Below are positions 19,501 through 29,137 of a stretch of DNA of 61,708 nucleotides, piece by piece. The translations under genes were made by a program, and so were the position numbers. The DNA is from a virus (Duplodnaviria; Caudoviricetes). The DNA is taken from positions 1 to 61,708 of the IMG/VR virus record IMGVR_UViG_3300036854_000037. One strand, written 5' to 3'. Every line of letters begins with the position of its first letter. The first letter of the stretch is position 1. Under the pieces are notes generated by a model. That model ran no database searches and was not told where the DNA came from. It saw nothing but the letters and a program-made list of their open reading frames with translations.

Positions 19501-21067
19501 GATTGGTCAGGTTGTCCCGTGTCCCCTGCGTTGTCGTAGGATTGGTGATCCTATGAATGGACAACAGGATACCAGGGGTGATCGTCTTGCCATAGCGTTC
19601 AATCAGATCAGGTTGTGCCAACCGATAGGGGGAACGCCGTAGGGTGAACGAGTTGCCCGTAAACCCCGAGGCGCTACCGATGACAAACCGCGCCTCATCG
19701 ACCCAACCGTTCCAGTCATTACTGATGACGTTCTGACCACGAGACCCGATGGCGAAACCGTTGCTGCATAGGGGGATCGAGCTGGCGAACGCCACATCCC
19801 CGCTTTGCTTGATGCTATCTACGTAAGCTCGAACAATCCCATCCTCGCGGGCAATCGCGTAGTGATGCCTTCCCGTGGTCACGTTGCTGGTTGTCGTAAT
19901 GGTTGTAAAACCCACTCCATTGGAGATCAGAGTGTCGATGGTACCAGAGGAATTCAACCGGGTATAGAAGGCGGAGCCGGCTGCCGTTGCTCCACTATCC
20001 GTGTGCCCCATCAATTGGGCTTCAAGTCCGGCAGCACCATCATACTCAAACCAGAAGTCAATGGAGAAGTCCTCCGTGTCGATGAACATCGACGGGACAC
20101 TGGGTGTCACCAACTGCCCATCCGAGCCACCAAAGAATGCAGCAGCAAGCCCGAACCACTTCGAGTCCTTGTCGATGAAAACCGCACCCGTGGCATTAAA
20201 GGCTAGATCTAGAGGTCCGCTGTCTGGAAACGACTGAGCGTCCTGACTACCATCAAGGTGAAGCATGAAGATGGTATTGTCGTCGATACCATTGTCCTCA
20301 TCGGACAACTCGATTATCTGGTACTCAAGCTGATCGAGGTCGACATCATCCAGGAAGGCAGTACCTGTTTTGATCTGCTCCATGAAATGCGGGCCGGCAA
20401 GACCATACACAGCCTCCGACACCTCATCGTACTCTATCAAGTCGTTCAACGGTTGGCTGAGGAATGGAGGGAAGACGCGCATGGTGCCTATCACGCGTGG
20501 TACAGGTTCACCACGGCGGAGTACGTTGCCGGACAGGGCAGCTGCCTGCCCCTCGATCTCATTCGACGTCTTGGGCTGTGCAACGTTTGATGGCGGTTTG
20601 ACGAAGGCGCCCAAGAGAAGCGAGCCAGCAATGGTCACGGCACCAGCCGCAATGGCAGCGCTCGTACTTCCGGCAGCGAATGCGCCCGCCCCAAAAAGCG
20701 CCTCGGACGTCGGTCCAGAAAGTGCGCCGGCTGAGATGACCGAGGCGATGACAAGGATGGCGATTGCACCTACGATCCTGAGTGCATCCTTTCCGCCACC
20801 GCCGCCACCCCTGATGGGCATGTGGAGAGTGACGAGGAGGTCTTCCCGTGACTTGGGGCGAACGAACGGCCACATCTCACGCGGGACCATCTCACCGTTG
20901 ATGCAGAAGACCCCCTCTTGAAGGAAGCGGCGTGTATCGATGTCAGGAACCTGGGCGATGATCTCAGCGCACGTGAAGCCCTGAGGGAGGGCCATCGCAT
21001 GGGGCTTACCTACGAACGGCTTGTCCCGCCACGCTACGTTGACCTTCTCACTGGGCAAGTACAGCAT
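16511..21067 (-). CDS. Central tail tip/host-specificity protein J with LamG-like insert and C-terminal carbohydrate-binding-like module
   Basis: 1518 aa; gpI-like N-terminus, GEPVPRVIG, TSNPA; LHLDG..FSIDFW..HHYA..GWVDEAR insert; RNKIINGDM..DRW domain. Confidence 0.85.
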   Translation of the reverse strand: MLYLPSEKVNVAWRDKPFVGKPHAMALPQGFTCAEIIAQVPDIDTRRFLQEGVFCINGEMVPREMWPFVRPKSREDLLVTLHMPIRGGGGGGKDALRIVGAIAILVIASVISAGALSGPTSEALFGAGAFAAGSTSAAIAAGAVTIAGSLLLGAFVKPPSNVAQPKTSNEIEGQAAALSGNVLRRGEPVPRVIGTMRVFPPFLSQPLNDLIEYDEVSEAVYGLAGPHFMEQIKTGTAFLDDVDLDQLEYQIIELSDEDNGIDDNTIFMLHLDGSQDAQSFPDSGPLDLAFNATGAVFIDKDSKWFGLAAAFFGGSDGQLVTPSVPSMFIDTEDFSIDFWFEYDGAAGLEAQLMGHTDSGATAAGSAFYTRLNSSGTIDTLISNGVGFTTITTTSNVTTGRHHYAIAREDGIVRAYVDSIKQSGDVAFASSIPLCSNGFAIGSRGQNVISNDWNGWVDEARFVIGSASGFTGNSFTLRRSPYRLAQPDLIERYGKTITPGILLSIHRITNPTTTQGTRDNLTNQTVPQRSLPQPQSVVVRGVGFDEAWVTLTFTAGLFYTDTGFDATWFNGVAFRVRVRAVGTDTWFNMPEVHIHERRSALFSRMLVFRWDSDLVMPNGIPNFVPLAQKCWKSAYYTVPTQTVTPVGSGGWQADPHFYAGAGDTYFDSDNFNTTGLRNIRITQERAEFFLNGLIDKGPIEVEVKRSQIYIADKFTYATYNMVTDPPADALTDGVYDLFGYALLAGSAVILLKQSNAAEDIQLSRAASVWNSPPIARTGDFAAVYVKVRGRRIDALSILASGLVADWDGTEWAGLNATSNPAPHYRDVLVGDLNDNRISESMVDDEVLVEWRQRCLDLGFECNAVFSGENIDRILDTVASCGYARARQSEVWDVAQDRDFTNIVPTQVFTPRNMNNFRWEKAFLRHRPDGLRVRYSDATDDYNEHTIVVPRLGLDYAGRLEEIRYDGLVTLEEAVVKALYDQEQVVDRFTFYYGDVDVEMLVCRRGDLVVVQHDTLDQFAGFTRILRVTVDGGEVTSFDVDGTVLPIDTFFLDDSPAFFITPTEFFSQDVGVCVRQKDGTLRIFPASVSEDGFTLTPEPPLTGIDADVFERECLVTTGRLLREARRMIVYEIKPAANLQAAMTFVDEAPQLWPFPEPLKVDEEFMRNKIINGDMRLDQRHRGSVATLTDKTTTYTLDRWLAFSGDSVGTTVRFNVQQLATGSPPPGFSDYLRATITSQITPVPTNDRYFIGYNFPQDDILNMDWGLSSGLQMALSFMVRASVAGVYTGAFGNALDTNAYPFTFSIPTANTWYRRIIMIPAPPLGYDFTASGSKALSLRVSLGIGTTQGSDTANQWQTGVHPRGVNGSINLVETLGATFDITGVQFEIAPATTFEWLPLSFQQERAFRYTQVLQGIGTSNTIGQGYADSAVSARIVIPLFAPLASIPPVNVVADVVGNFELRSPGGAANALTSLAMNSPDLSLNNQITVNATVAAGLTTGDPQILRTTQVVASLLVDGELY

Positions 21068-21464
21068 GCCGGTAGCACCCCACCAACCTGCGCTTGATCC
21101 TCGAGTTGCTCAACGGCACCTCGACGACAGCGTCCCTCATGTCGGTGTGCATAACATAGCCCGGCCGGGTCACAATGCCAGTATGGATGACCCCTCTCCG
21201 TGGAGTCCCTTCAATCGGCAGCCATCCTGTCATCACAACGACGTCGTAGACCTTCTCCGCGCCTGGGAAGGGGCTGATGGTAGCCCACGTCTGCCTCGGG
21301 TCTGACGTTCCGTTGAGGACAGCGAGCGCAATCGCGTGAAGCTCCTTGGGATCGATCTCGCCATAAACCTCAAGGTTGATCCCGAGCTGTTCCTCGAAGA
21401 CCCTCCTCACCAAGCCCCAGCAATGCAGGTCGCTGCGGCCGATATATCCATTCGCCCATGTCAT
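21048..21464 (-). CDS. NlpC/P60 tail tip protein (gpK-like)
   Basis: CWGLVR..HTGIV..MH. Confidence 0.85.
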   Translation of the reverse strand: MTWANGYIGRSDLHCWGLVRRVFEEQLGINLEVYGEIDPKELHAIALAVLNGTSDPRQTWATISPFPGAEKVYDVVVMTGWLPIEGTPRRGVIHTGIVTRPGYVMHTDMRDAVVEVPLSNSRIKRRLVGCYRHAVLAQ

Positions 21465-21973
21465 GGATCAAGACCCGGCAATCGGTCGGCTGTTGATCTG
21501 ATCGCCGGCCACGGTTCATTGGTCATGTCAAATGACCCAAGCTCCCCCGTAACCTCCATGGCGTTGACACTGATGTTGTTGAATATCAAGTTGATTGCCT
21601 CGTACTCAACCGTAGGTGTCCCAAGCGGCGCCCGCACACCATTACTCAAAGCGCCGAAGTCAGCTGACGCGAGGACGGTGATCGTGAGAATAGGCGAGTC
21701 CGTCAGATTGAGGATGGCCTCACCAATCTGCCTATCCACGTTCTGAATTCTGATGCGGCCTGTTGGTATGCGGATCGAGTCATCCACCAACTCCACCTCA
21801 AACGGGAAGCCCACGTAGGTATCGCCGTTGTAGATATAGGAGACCGTGTCGTTGGCGACCCTGATTGGAGTCCTGAGTGTGGTATCTGAAATGGTCAAGA
21901 GGACAACGACAAACTCCTCTGACCTCGGCTCCTCGAGTTCACGCCTGAATGAGGATGAGATAGCACGTGGCAT
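21461..21973 (-). CDS. Minor tail protein (DUF1833/gpL-like)
   Basis: LLTISD..PIRVAND..FPF..IQNVDR..PGL; tip-module synteny. Confidence 0.75.
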   Translation of the reverse strand: MPRAISSSFRRELEEPRSEEFVVVLLTISDTTLRTPIRVANDTVSYIYNGDTYVGFPFEVELVDDSIRIPTGRIRIQNVDRQIGEAILNLTDSPILTITVLASADFGALSNGVRAPLGTPTVEYEAINLIFNNISVNAMEVTGELGSFDMTNEPWPAIRSTADRLPGLDP

Positions 21974-21974
21974 T

Positions 21975-22202
21975 TTACGAGGTCCGTGGTGTCAGGGCAG
22001 CAACCTTCTCAGGGTTCGGATTGTTTTTGATGGCATCCCCCACCTTCTCGCGGATCGCAGCCTGTACGGCCTCAGCCTCAGCCTTGGCCTTTGCCTCCAA
22101 CTTCGTGTTGAAGAACAAGATGATTCTTGAAGCCTCCCTGTGACGGCAGTCCTCAAGTAGTGCATTCAACTCGGCAAAGTCCTGCTCTGACAGCACCAGC
22201 AT
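21975..22202 (-). CDS. Small hypothetical protein (possible tailspike chaperone)
   Basis: GGAGA RBS; follows the tailspike. Confidence 0.5.
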   Translation of the reverse strand: MLVLSEQDFAELNALLEDCRHREASRIILFFNTKLEAKAKAEAEAVQAAIREKVGDAIKNNPNPEKVAALTPRTS

Positions 22203-22213
22203 TGGTCTCTCCT

Positions 22214-24043
22214 TCAAAAGGCTGGAATGTACCGGACGGTACCTGCGGAATTCTTTACCATGAACCACTCCTGCACCGTAGTCTGCGATCCCGTCGGACC
22301 GATATTTCCAAGGGTCTTGTTCACAGCACCATTGGCAGCGAACATGCCAGCTGTGCCGGCGCGCAACACACCCGTACCTTTGGGCACAAGCGCCAAGTCG
22401 ATATTGGTGTCGGAGCCAGCTACCTCAAATGACGGCGCGACGCCTGTTGCGGTCACCCGCACCTGCGTCCAGTTTACACCACTGGCATTATCCAGGATGA
22501 AGAACATACTACGGGCGAAGCTGGCCGTGAAGAAGCCGAAGTTTGCATTGCCCTTATTGTTGAAGTTGATGCCGATGTTGGTATCAGCGCCGCGTGCCTG
22601 GATGAATGGCGAGCCTGTTGTTGCTGCGGCGTTCAGCTCAATTCCGTTGACATCATTAGCCACAACGTCGAAGCGATGAGGACCAACGGTAAGCGTAGTA
22701 AGCAACTGGCTCGTGGCATCACCATTAGCTATCGCCACAGTGGAAGCACCAATCACCGTGGTTTTGGTCGTCGAGTTCTCAATGCTATTATTCGCGATGA
22801 CGTTGTTGTCAGCGCTGCCGGACTCGAGGATGCCGACAGCCATAATGTTCCCACCGCTGACACCTGAGATCGAATTGCCGGAGACCGTTGTGTAGCTGCC
22901 CGTCAGAACGACGCCATGGTAGGTATTATTGGCGCCAGTCCCCACCTCGTTGATCACGTTGCCGCTGATGGTGTTCCATTTGCAGTCCGTCTCTTGCTTG
23001 ACCCCGTCCTGCACACAGTTGAGCATCTGATTCCCGCAGACACTCGCGCGCTCAGCGGAAGCCAGTCGGACATGGATGACATTCTCATCCAGATTATTAC
23101 CGAAAATGCCGATCTCGGAATTGTTCTCGGCGAAGACGCCCGCCGAACCCGTCACTACTCGCTGGCCAGCTCCTCGGATCGAGTTTTCGCAGATGCGCGC
23201 GCCGAACCCGTTTGGCCCAAGATGAACGTTGTGTAGTCCTGGCGATTGCAGGACAGAACCAAGCACAGTTGGAAACGAGCTGATGCCAGAGCCCGTGCCA
23301 TCGAACTTGACGTTAGAACCATAACCTTGCGTAAGGTAGCAGTTCAAGAGCGTCGGGAATTCCACAGCGTCGAAGCTGATGATAGCATCACCGCTCGCTT
23401 GATTGGCACGGTTGCCATCAAGGTAAAGGTTCTGAAACGCTACATTCGGTGTATAGGTCGTTCCGTCTCCAGACTTGAACATGTTGCTATTTGATCCATT
23501 GGCGAGGATCAAGATGCACGTACCAAAGCCATGGCACTTGAGCGTTATGCGACCGCGTGTGCTGAGGCCAATCTCGCTACTGATAAAAAATTGACCATCT
23601 GGGAACACCAGTGTATGCGGTGAGGAAAAGCCTGTAGGAATTGATGCAACTGCGGCCTGTACCACAGCAGTGATGTCAGTGTTGTTAGCGAGTGGTGTAA
23701 CGCTGAAATCGGCGACGTTGACCTCGATCTCACGCACTTTGCTCTGCCAAGAGCGCGCCTGGGCCCCTGTACCAACCTGTATGAAGCCTGCCCAAACTAC
23801 ATCCGAGCCGTCACTCTGTAGATGATAGCCTGATGCCCCAAGCGGCAGGTTCTGCCATTGCGATAATGCACTACCACGGATAACGTCACCACGAGTAGGT
23901 GCTGACAACGTACCTAGGGTAGGCAAACCTCCTAGGTTACCCCTACCTGAAACACCCCCGCGCACCACGTAGGTCTGGTCATTTGCTTGAACTACGCCGT
24001 GGTCAAACAGCTCTGAGAGTTTCTCACCAGCATCAATTGCCAC
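22214..24043 (-). CDS. Tailspike/depolymerase with right-handed beta-helix (pectin-lyase fold)
   Basis: VNVADF..DITAVVQAA..LVFPDG; repeated xxxGN beta-helix rungs. Confidence 0.8.
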   Translation of the reverse strand: MAIDAGEKLSELFDHGVVQANDQTYVVRGGVSGRGNLGGLPTLGTLSAPTRGDVIRGSALSQWQNLPLGASGYHLQSDGSDVVWAGFIQVGTGAQARSWQSKVREIEVNVADFSVTPLANNTDITAVVQAAVASIPTGFSSPHTLVFPDGQFFISSEIGLSTRGRITLKCHGFGTCILILANGSNSNMFKSGDGTTYTPNVAFQNLYLDGNRANQASGDAIISFDAVEFPTLLNCYLTQGYGSNVKFDGTGSGISSFPTVLGSVLQSPGLHNVHLGPNGFGARICENSIRGAGQRVVTGSAGVFAENNSEIGIFGNNLDENVIHVRLASAERASVCGNQMLNCVQDGVKQETDCKWNTISGNVINEVGTGANNTYHGVVLTGSYTTVSGNSISGVSGGNIMAVGILESGSADNNVIANNSIENSTTKTTVIGASTVAIANGDATSQLLTTLTVGPHRFDVVANDVNGIELNAAATTGSPFIQARGADTNIGINFNNKGNANFGFFTASFARSMFFILDNASGVNWTQVRVTATGVAPSFEVAGSDTNIDLALVPKGTGVLRAGTAGMFAANGAVNKTLGNIGPTGSQTTVQEWFMVKNSAGTVRYIPAF

Positions 24044-24475
24044 CTAACCCTCCAGGATAAGAGCTGTGCCGCTGCTGTCCTCAAGCATGAGCGCTTGGCT
24101 TGGTGGGAGATTGACCCTTCGAAGAGAGAACTGCAGGCGCCAATATCCTGGACTGACATCCCTCCAAGATGGCACCTGCATAAACTGATACTCCGTCGCA
24201 TTGCCTGTGCGAGGATCGACCGCCGAGAAGTTCAAGACACCTGACTGCAGGTCACCCTCGTAGAAGTCAAGGAACGCGTTCAAGTCATCCGAACTGATGA
24301 TCCGTTGGAACTCCACCCGTGTGCTGGGGAGGTACGTACGCCTGCGGCGCTTCGATGGACCAACCTCAACCGCGAAGTCCACAACATTGGGTTCGACAGA
24401 CTCCTGCCATGTCCCGTGCTCAGCGAAGAACGTCAGGAGGGTGATTGGCCAAGGGATAGGATCGACGGTTGCCAT
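24044..24475 (-). CDS. Distal tail (gpM/Dit-like) protein
   Basis: WP..EVGPSKRRRR..F..FY..L..G..F; follows the tape measure. Confidence 0.75.
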   Translation of the reverse strand: MATVDPIPWPITLLTFFAEHGTWQESVEPNVVDFAVEVGPSKRRRRTYLPSTRVEFQRIISSDDLNAFLDFYEGDLQSGVLNFSAVDPRTGNATEYQFMQVPSWRDVSPGYWRLQFSLRRVNLPPSQALMLEDSSGTALILEG

Positions 24476-24478
24476 GTG

Positions 24479-26665
24479 TCACCTCTGGATCGCTCGTTGC
24501 CTGATACCGAAGCGGGCGGCCATCGTCGGGTCAGCGTCTCCGCGACCAAACCGCTTCATAACTTCCGTGAAGACCTGCTCAATGATCGTTTCACCATTCG
24601 GACCGCGCCTCTCGTGTTGTTGGACATCCATGTCCTTGGACGAGTAGATATGGTTATTAACCTGGACCGCACCACCCGCGCCTCCCTGTCGCGCTCGCGC
24701 AGCTGGCGTAATGTCCACTCGCTCCCCAGGACCGAGCCCGAGGAGGAGTGACGGGCGATCAGCACCCCCAGAGCCCGGCACTGTGAACGAACCACCATGT
24801 TGAAATGTCGGTATAGCACCTGTAGCTGCACCAGCTGTTGCCGCACCACCTGCCGCTCCTACACCATACGCTGAACTCAGCATGGGGTTGACAATGCCCG
24901 TGATCGATTGGACCAAGGGCTTGATGACGTAGGCCTGCAATCCGATCCGGATCAGGTCGCGGATCATACTTTCCGCGAGCTGGTGGAAATTGAATTTACC
25001 AGTCGCCGCGAAGTCCGCGATAGAATTGCCAATGTCCGTGAAGACCGCTGTAGCAGCCTGCTCAACTGTTGCCGTCGCGCGCTGCAGTTCGCGCAGGAGA
25101 CGAATTTTGTCTGTAAGCTGTTTGCGATCGTCATCCTCAAGCTCCTGGTGCCGGCGCTTCAACTGCAGCTCAACCCTGAGTATCTCTTGCTGAACCTGCC
25201 GCTCGTTGGTATTGTACTGGAGCAGTTTGGTCTGACCATCAATACGCTCATTCTCAAGTTGAAGGATGCCAGGTCTATCTGCTTCTGCAAGGCGCCGCTT
25301 CTCCTCGGTCAACTTTTGAACAGCCTGTCTGTACTGCGTTACCCGTGCGTCATCGTAGGCAAGACCCTCTCTCTGCGCGAACTGGCGGGCGGCAAGGTCA
25401 GCGCGGTTGATCGCATCCCTATAAACGCTCAACTCACCCGTGATCTTCTCCAGGTCCTGCTGCACCCTGAGGTTCTGCTGTGCTCGTTGACGACCAAAAG
25501 CATCCCCTCCTATGAGGGCGGCGTTGTCGGCATTCATTTGCAAAACAGCTTCGCGTTGGAGCTGGGCTTGTCTCAACTCTTCCTGATGCCGTCCAACCGC
25601 ACCTGAAATCCCAATAGCAAATCCCTCCACACCCCCTTCCTTGATCTTCTTGTTGAGGGCGTCTATCGTCAAATTCAGTTGTACGATTTGTTCATCCAAC
25701 GCCGCAACACGTTCTTGAATATCCTTGGGGAAGAAATTCTTATTTAGGTCTTCAACGACACCAGCAAGGTCTTGAGCGCCTTTTGCCGTACCAAGAAACC
25801 GCTCGATGACTCCACCAAGGTTGGTGAACAACTCAGCTGTCGCCTCAGACAGACGCCTATAACTACCAACCACACCTTGGTTCTGACTAGCCGCTGTGCC
25901 GCCAAGCTGTTGCTCAAGTAGATCGAGAACGGTTCCTTGAGCGCCAAGGGCATCATTGAACTTCTCAGCTTCTTCCAAGGACTCCTTCTGCTGATCGGTG
26001 AAACGAATACCAGCCGCCTGGAGCGTGTAGTAGGCTTCCGATGGCTTCTTCAACACCTCGTTGAGGGTTTGGACAGCCTGTGAAACACCTCCTGTCCGTG
26101 TCGCAAGGTCAGGCAGTATCTTAACGGCACGCTCGAGTGTGTCACCTGTGATCACACCTTCCCTACCAAGAGCAATGAACGCCTGGGTCAGCTCATTGAT
26201 GGGTGCGCCGGTCGAACGACTGACCGTGCGAGAGATGCTCTCGATGTTCTCCTGGGTGACACCAAGACCATTATTGACCGCGGACAGGGAGTTGGTGAGG
26301 TTGTTCTCCTGCACCTGCAGCTGGCCAAACGAGGCAATCGCCTGGTTGGCTGCATAGGCGATGCCACCGAGACCACCAAGACCAATGAGCCCCGCGAGGG
26401 GTCCGAGCGCGCTTGAGGCAACTTGCTTGAAAGCGTTGACGGCTGTGTCCAGTCCCTTCATCGAGCTGAGGGACTCGTCGCCGCGCTTGCCTAAGTTACC
26501 AACCTCTGTGCCAAGTTTCTTGGTGGAGTCGGTCGCACCATCGAGCTGCTTCTGCGTCGTGGTGCCGAAGTCCTGGGCTTGCTTCTTGGCCTGGTCAAGA
26601 CCCTTGGTGAAGTTGTCAAGGTTTGCGTTGACCCCTACCTCGACTGATCCGACTTGCTTGACCAT
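24479..26665 (-). CDS. Tape measure protein
   Basis: 728 aa, helical and Ala/Gln-rich; lambda-like C-terminus (TGKFNF..FQHGG). Confidence 0.9.
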   Translation of the reverse strand: MVKQVGSVEVGVNANLDNFTKGLDQAKKQAQDFGTTTQKQLDGATDSTKKLGTEVGNLGKRGDESLSSMKGLDTAVNAFKQVASSALGPLAGLIGLGGLGGIAYAANQAIASFGQLQVQENNLTNSLSAVNNGLGVTQENIESISRTVSRSTGAPINELTQAFIALGREGVITGDTLERAVKILPDLATRTGGVSQAVQTLNEVLKKPSEAYYTLQAAGIRFTDQQKESLEEAEKFNDALGAQGTVLDLLEQQLGGTAASQNQGVVGSYRRLSEATAELFTNLGGVIERFLGTAKGAQDLAGVVEDLNKNFFPKDIQERVAALDEQIVQLNLTIDALNKKIKEGGVEGFAIGISGAVGRHQEELRQAQLQREAVLQMNADNAALIGGDAFGRQRAQQNLRVQQDLEKITGELSVYRDAINRADLAARQFAQREGLAYDDARVTQYRQAVQKLTEEKRRLAEADRPGILQLENERIDGQTKLLQYNTNERQVQQEILRVELQLKRRHQELEDDDRKQLTDKIRLLRELQRATATVEQAATAVFTDIGNSIADFAATGKFNFHQLAESMIRDLIRIGLQAYVIKPLVQSITGIVNPMLSSAYGVGAAGGAATAGAATGAIPTFQHGGSFTVPGSGGADRPSLLLGLGPGERVDITPAARARQGGAGGAVQVNNHIYSSKDMDVQQHERRGPNGETIIEQVFTEVMKRFGRGDADPTMAARFGIRQRAIQR

Positions 26666-26993
26666 GGGTCAGCTTGTCCTTCCCCGTACTCTTCCCACCA
26701 AACATAGCATCGAACGCGCTCGTTGTCAGGGGAGGTAGCTTCTTGGGGTCAGGAAAGGCGATAACACGCCCGCGCTGAGGGGGCGGCGCGGCTTGCGGGG
26801 TTGTATCGTCCAGCCACGGGTCGCGCCCGCGCTGGAAGCGTATGAGGCGGACACGACCCTCGTAGCCGGCAATGATTGCGTTGATGTCCGAGTAGAGCGT
26901 CTGGCGTTCGGACCACCCAAGCCACCCGAGCGCAATCTGCTCGAGTTCGTCGTACCATTCTTCTATGGTGACGCGGGGCGCATCGGAGGGTTT
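26616..26993 (-). CDS. gpT-like extension of the tail assembly chaperone, reached by -1 frameshift (not in the ORF track)
   Basis: Start-less open -1 frame VTIEEWYDELEQIALGWLGWSERQ..; slippery A AAC CCT at 26993-26987. Confidence 0.75.
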   Translation of the reverse strand, partial: KPSDAPRVTIEEWYDELEQIALGWLGWSERQTLYSDINAIIAGYEGRVRLIRFQRGRDPWLDDTTPQAAPPPQRGRVIAFPDPKKLPPLTTSAFDAMFGGKSTGKDKLTHGQASRISRGRGQRKP

Positions 26994-27364
26994 GCCTCGT
27001 CAGCTTCCTCCGAAACATCGCTGCCATTGGCAGGCATCGGCTTGCCGCCGCGCATCAGGCCAATGATGTAGGAGACGCACAGTTCGGCAAGACGGCCTGT
27101 ATCCGATGTGATCCCCGTTCGGAAGATCGCCTCGCTCAGCTCATCACGCGCCTTGACGGTTGTGGGGAGACCCAAGCCAGCTTCCAGCACGTCAGTAATG
27201 GTATCGAAGTCCAGCTTCTCGATCTTGTCGATTGCCTGCCGCAAGCCACCGTGACGTTGCGAAATGCGCCGCATGGCGTAGATGGAGGGCTTGAGTTGCC
27301 TCTCCTCCTCAACGCCATCCTTGTTGGCCAACCTGATCTCGACGTTGCCTGATCCCACCGCCAT
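26963..27364 (-). CDS. Tail assembly chaperone (gpG-like)
   Basis: Lies between tube and tape measure; LKPS..A..I...GG pattern. Confidence 0.8.
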   Translation of the reverse strand: MAVGSGNVEIRLANKDGVEEERQLKPSIYAMRRISQRHGGLRQAIDKIEKLDFDTITDVLEAGLGLPTTVKARDELSEAIFRTGITSDTGRLAELCVSYIIGLMRGGKPMPANGSDVSEEADEANPPMRPASP

Positions 27365-27438
27365 CCAGCCACTCCAATTCGATGCGTACCTCAGCAAACC
27401 GCGGCTATCCCTTCCAGTACTGAAAATCAATACCTAGT

Positions 27439-27918
27439 TTATGGAACGGCGTCGACCCTCACGACGTTGCTGTTGATGCCAATCCGGCCAGCGCGCTTGA
27501 CCACATTGTTCGCCGTGTCCAACTGCTCGCGCGCGGTCATCACCTTGCCGATCATGAACCGCTGGCTTGGTGTGCCGGCTTCCGCCGCATCATTGAAGTC
27601 CACCCGGAAGGCGAAGTCGTGAGGTGTTGCTTCCGCGGCAAGGAGGGCGGTCTGACCAGCGTCCGTGTGATCGACGCCCATGACCAGGTCCAGGTTGCCA
27701 GCGTTCCTGATGCCCTTCAACTTCTGGGTTCGGCCCTCGCCGATTGCGTCGAAGGTAATCTCGGCCGACTCATCACCAAACTGTCCGATGCTCTCCAGCC
27801 ATCTGATCTCAACCCAGGACTGGCCATCGAAGTCGGCCGCTACGAAGTCTGAACTCTGGGGATCAAGGGACTGGCCGATGAAGACCTTTGACCCAGCGGT
27901 TGCGAAGATGCCGGACAT
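27439..27918 (-). CDS. Major tail tube protein
   Basis: TAGSKVFIG..SIGQFGD..KLKG.RNAG..DAGQ. Confidence 0.85.
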   Translation of the reverse strand: MSGIFATAGSKVFIGQSLDPQSSDFVAADFDGQSWVEIRWLESIGQFGDESAEITFDAIGEGRTQKLKGIRNAGNLDLVMGVDHTDAGQTALLAAEATPHDFAFRVDFNDAAEAGTPSQRFMIGKVMTAREQLDTANNVVKRAGRIGINSNVVRVDAVP

Positions 27919-27985
27919 GTCTTAAACCCCGTGGTGTTAGTCCGCCCAATGTTAAGGGAGTAGGCACAAGCTGCCCAGCCCCAGC

Positions 27986-29137
27986 TCACAGCACCCGCCC
28001 CTGTTGTTGCGCACAGAAGGCGCGACAGATAGCGATCTGATCGTCGGTCATGAGTCCCGGTCGGACGATTCCCGTGTAAAAGCGGGCATTGAAGAGGCTG
28101 GAGTTGCCCAAGAACGCCGCCAATACACCAATACCGTCATAAGCACCCGCACCTGCATCGCCCATCTGATACGCTGCGTTGTCAAGGGTGATGCGACTGG
28201 AGGCGCCATTGAAGGTCGCAGTGACAACATAATCAGTACCAACCACCTCACTTGCAGGTCCAGATGACAAGAGGCCACCTGCAAATGCGAAGATGTCCCC
28301 CACCTCCTGTTGTCGAGAGTAGAGGCCTGTAGCACTGGGACTGGCCACCAACGCGACCGTGGTTCCCTGTACCGACAACGCTCGATACGCCATGACCATC
28401 TCAAAGGGCTGAGGTATGGCAGCAAATGCAACCGAAGCCATGAACTGCCCGGCACCATCACCCTCGATCCAATTCAAACTACCATCGGTTTGGTAAAATG
28501 GTCTGCGACCAGACACAGGCTGGAGTGCAGGATTGTTCCCGGTGCCAAGATCGGCCATGTAGCCAACTGCACCTCCTGGATTGACGACACCCACACCACC
28601 TGTGTCAGGACCAAGGTAGGGTGGTTCTCCGACGTAGAACGTGTAGGGCGAGAGAGCCAAGACCTCGGCCAACAGATCAACTGGCGGAACAGCTGCAGGC
28701 GCCAACTGCGCGAGACGAACAGTGAGGTTGACAGTCCTGGTGGTGATCTCGCCTGTGCTAACGATGTCCACAGGACCCATGCACCTCTGATCGATCGTAG
28801 TCCATTCCGGAATTGTCACGTTGCGCTTGCGGTGGAACAGCTTCCGAACCTCGAAGGCGATGTCACTGATATTACGGTATTGCGTAGGAGGTAGGTCGTT
28901 GCGCCCGTGCACAGCGACCTGATAGCTCACAATCGGTCTGTAATCATCGACACCATCCTCACTCTGCTGACTAAGGTTCCTCGAGATGGTAATGATTGGA
29001 TATTTGATGGCATCAGGTACAGGCAACCGTGTGAAGACAGCCGGCGCTCCTTGATAGACAGACAGCAACGCCGTGATCACTGGGTCCGCAAGGATCAGTT
29101 CGCGCATCTTGGCGGCAAGGTCTGGATCAGTCGTCAA
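27986..29137 (-). CDS. Tail terminator-like domain fused to a ~240-aa beta-rich (LamG-like) extension
   Basis: N-terminal ~145 aa align by eye with the 29127-29570 protein. Confidence 0.65.
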   Translation of the reverse strand: MTTDPDLAAKMRELILADPVITALLSVYQGAPAVFTRLPVPDAIKYPIITISRNLSQQSEDGVDDYRPIVSYQVAVHGRNDLPPTQYRNISDIAFEVRKLFHRKRNVTIPEWTTIDQRCMGPVDIVSTGEITTRTVNLTVRLAQLAPAAVPPVDLLAEVLALSPYTFYVGEPPYLGPDTGGVGVVNPGGAVGYMADLGTGNNPALQPVSGRRPFYQTDGSLNWIEGDGAGQFMASVAFAAIPQPFEMVMAYRALSVQGTTVALVASPSATGLYSRQQEVGDIFAFAGGLLSSGPASEVVGTDYVVTATFNGASSRITLDNAAYQMGDAGAGAYDGIGVLAAFLGNSSLFNARFYTGIVRPGLMTDDQIAICRAFCAQQQGRVL

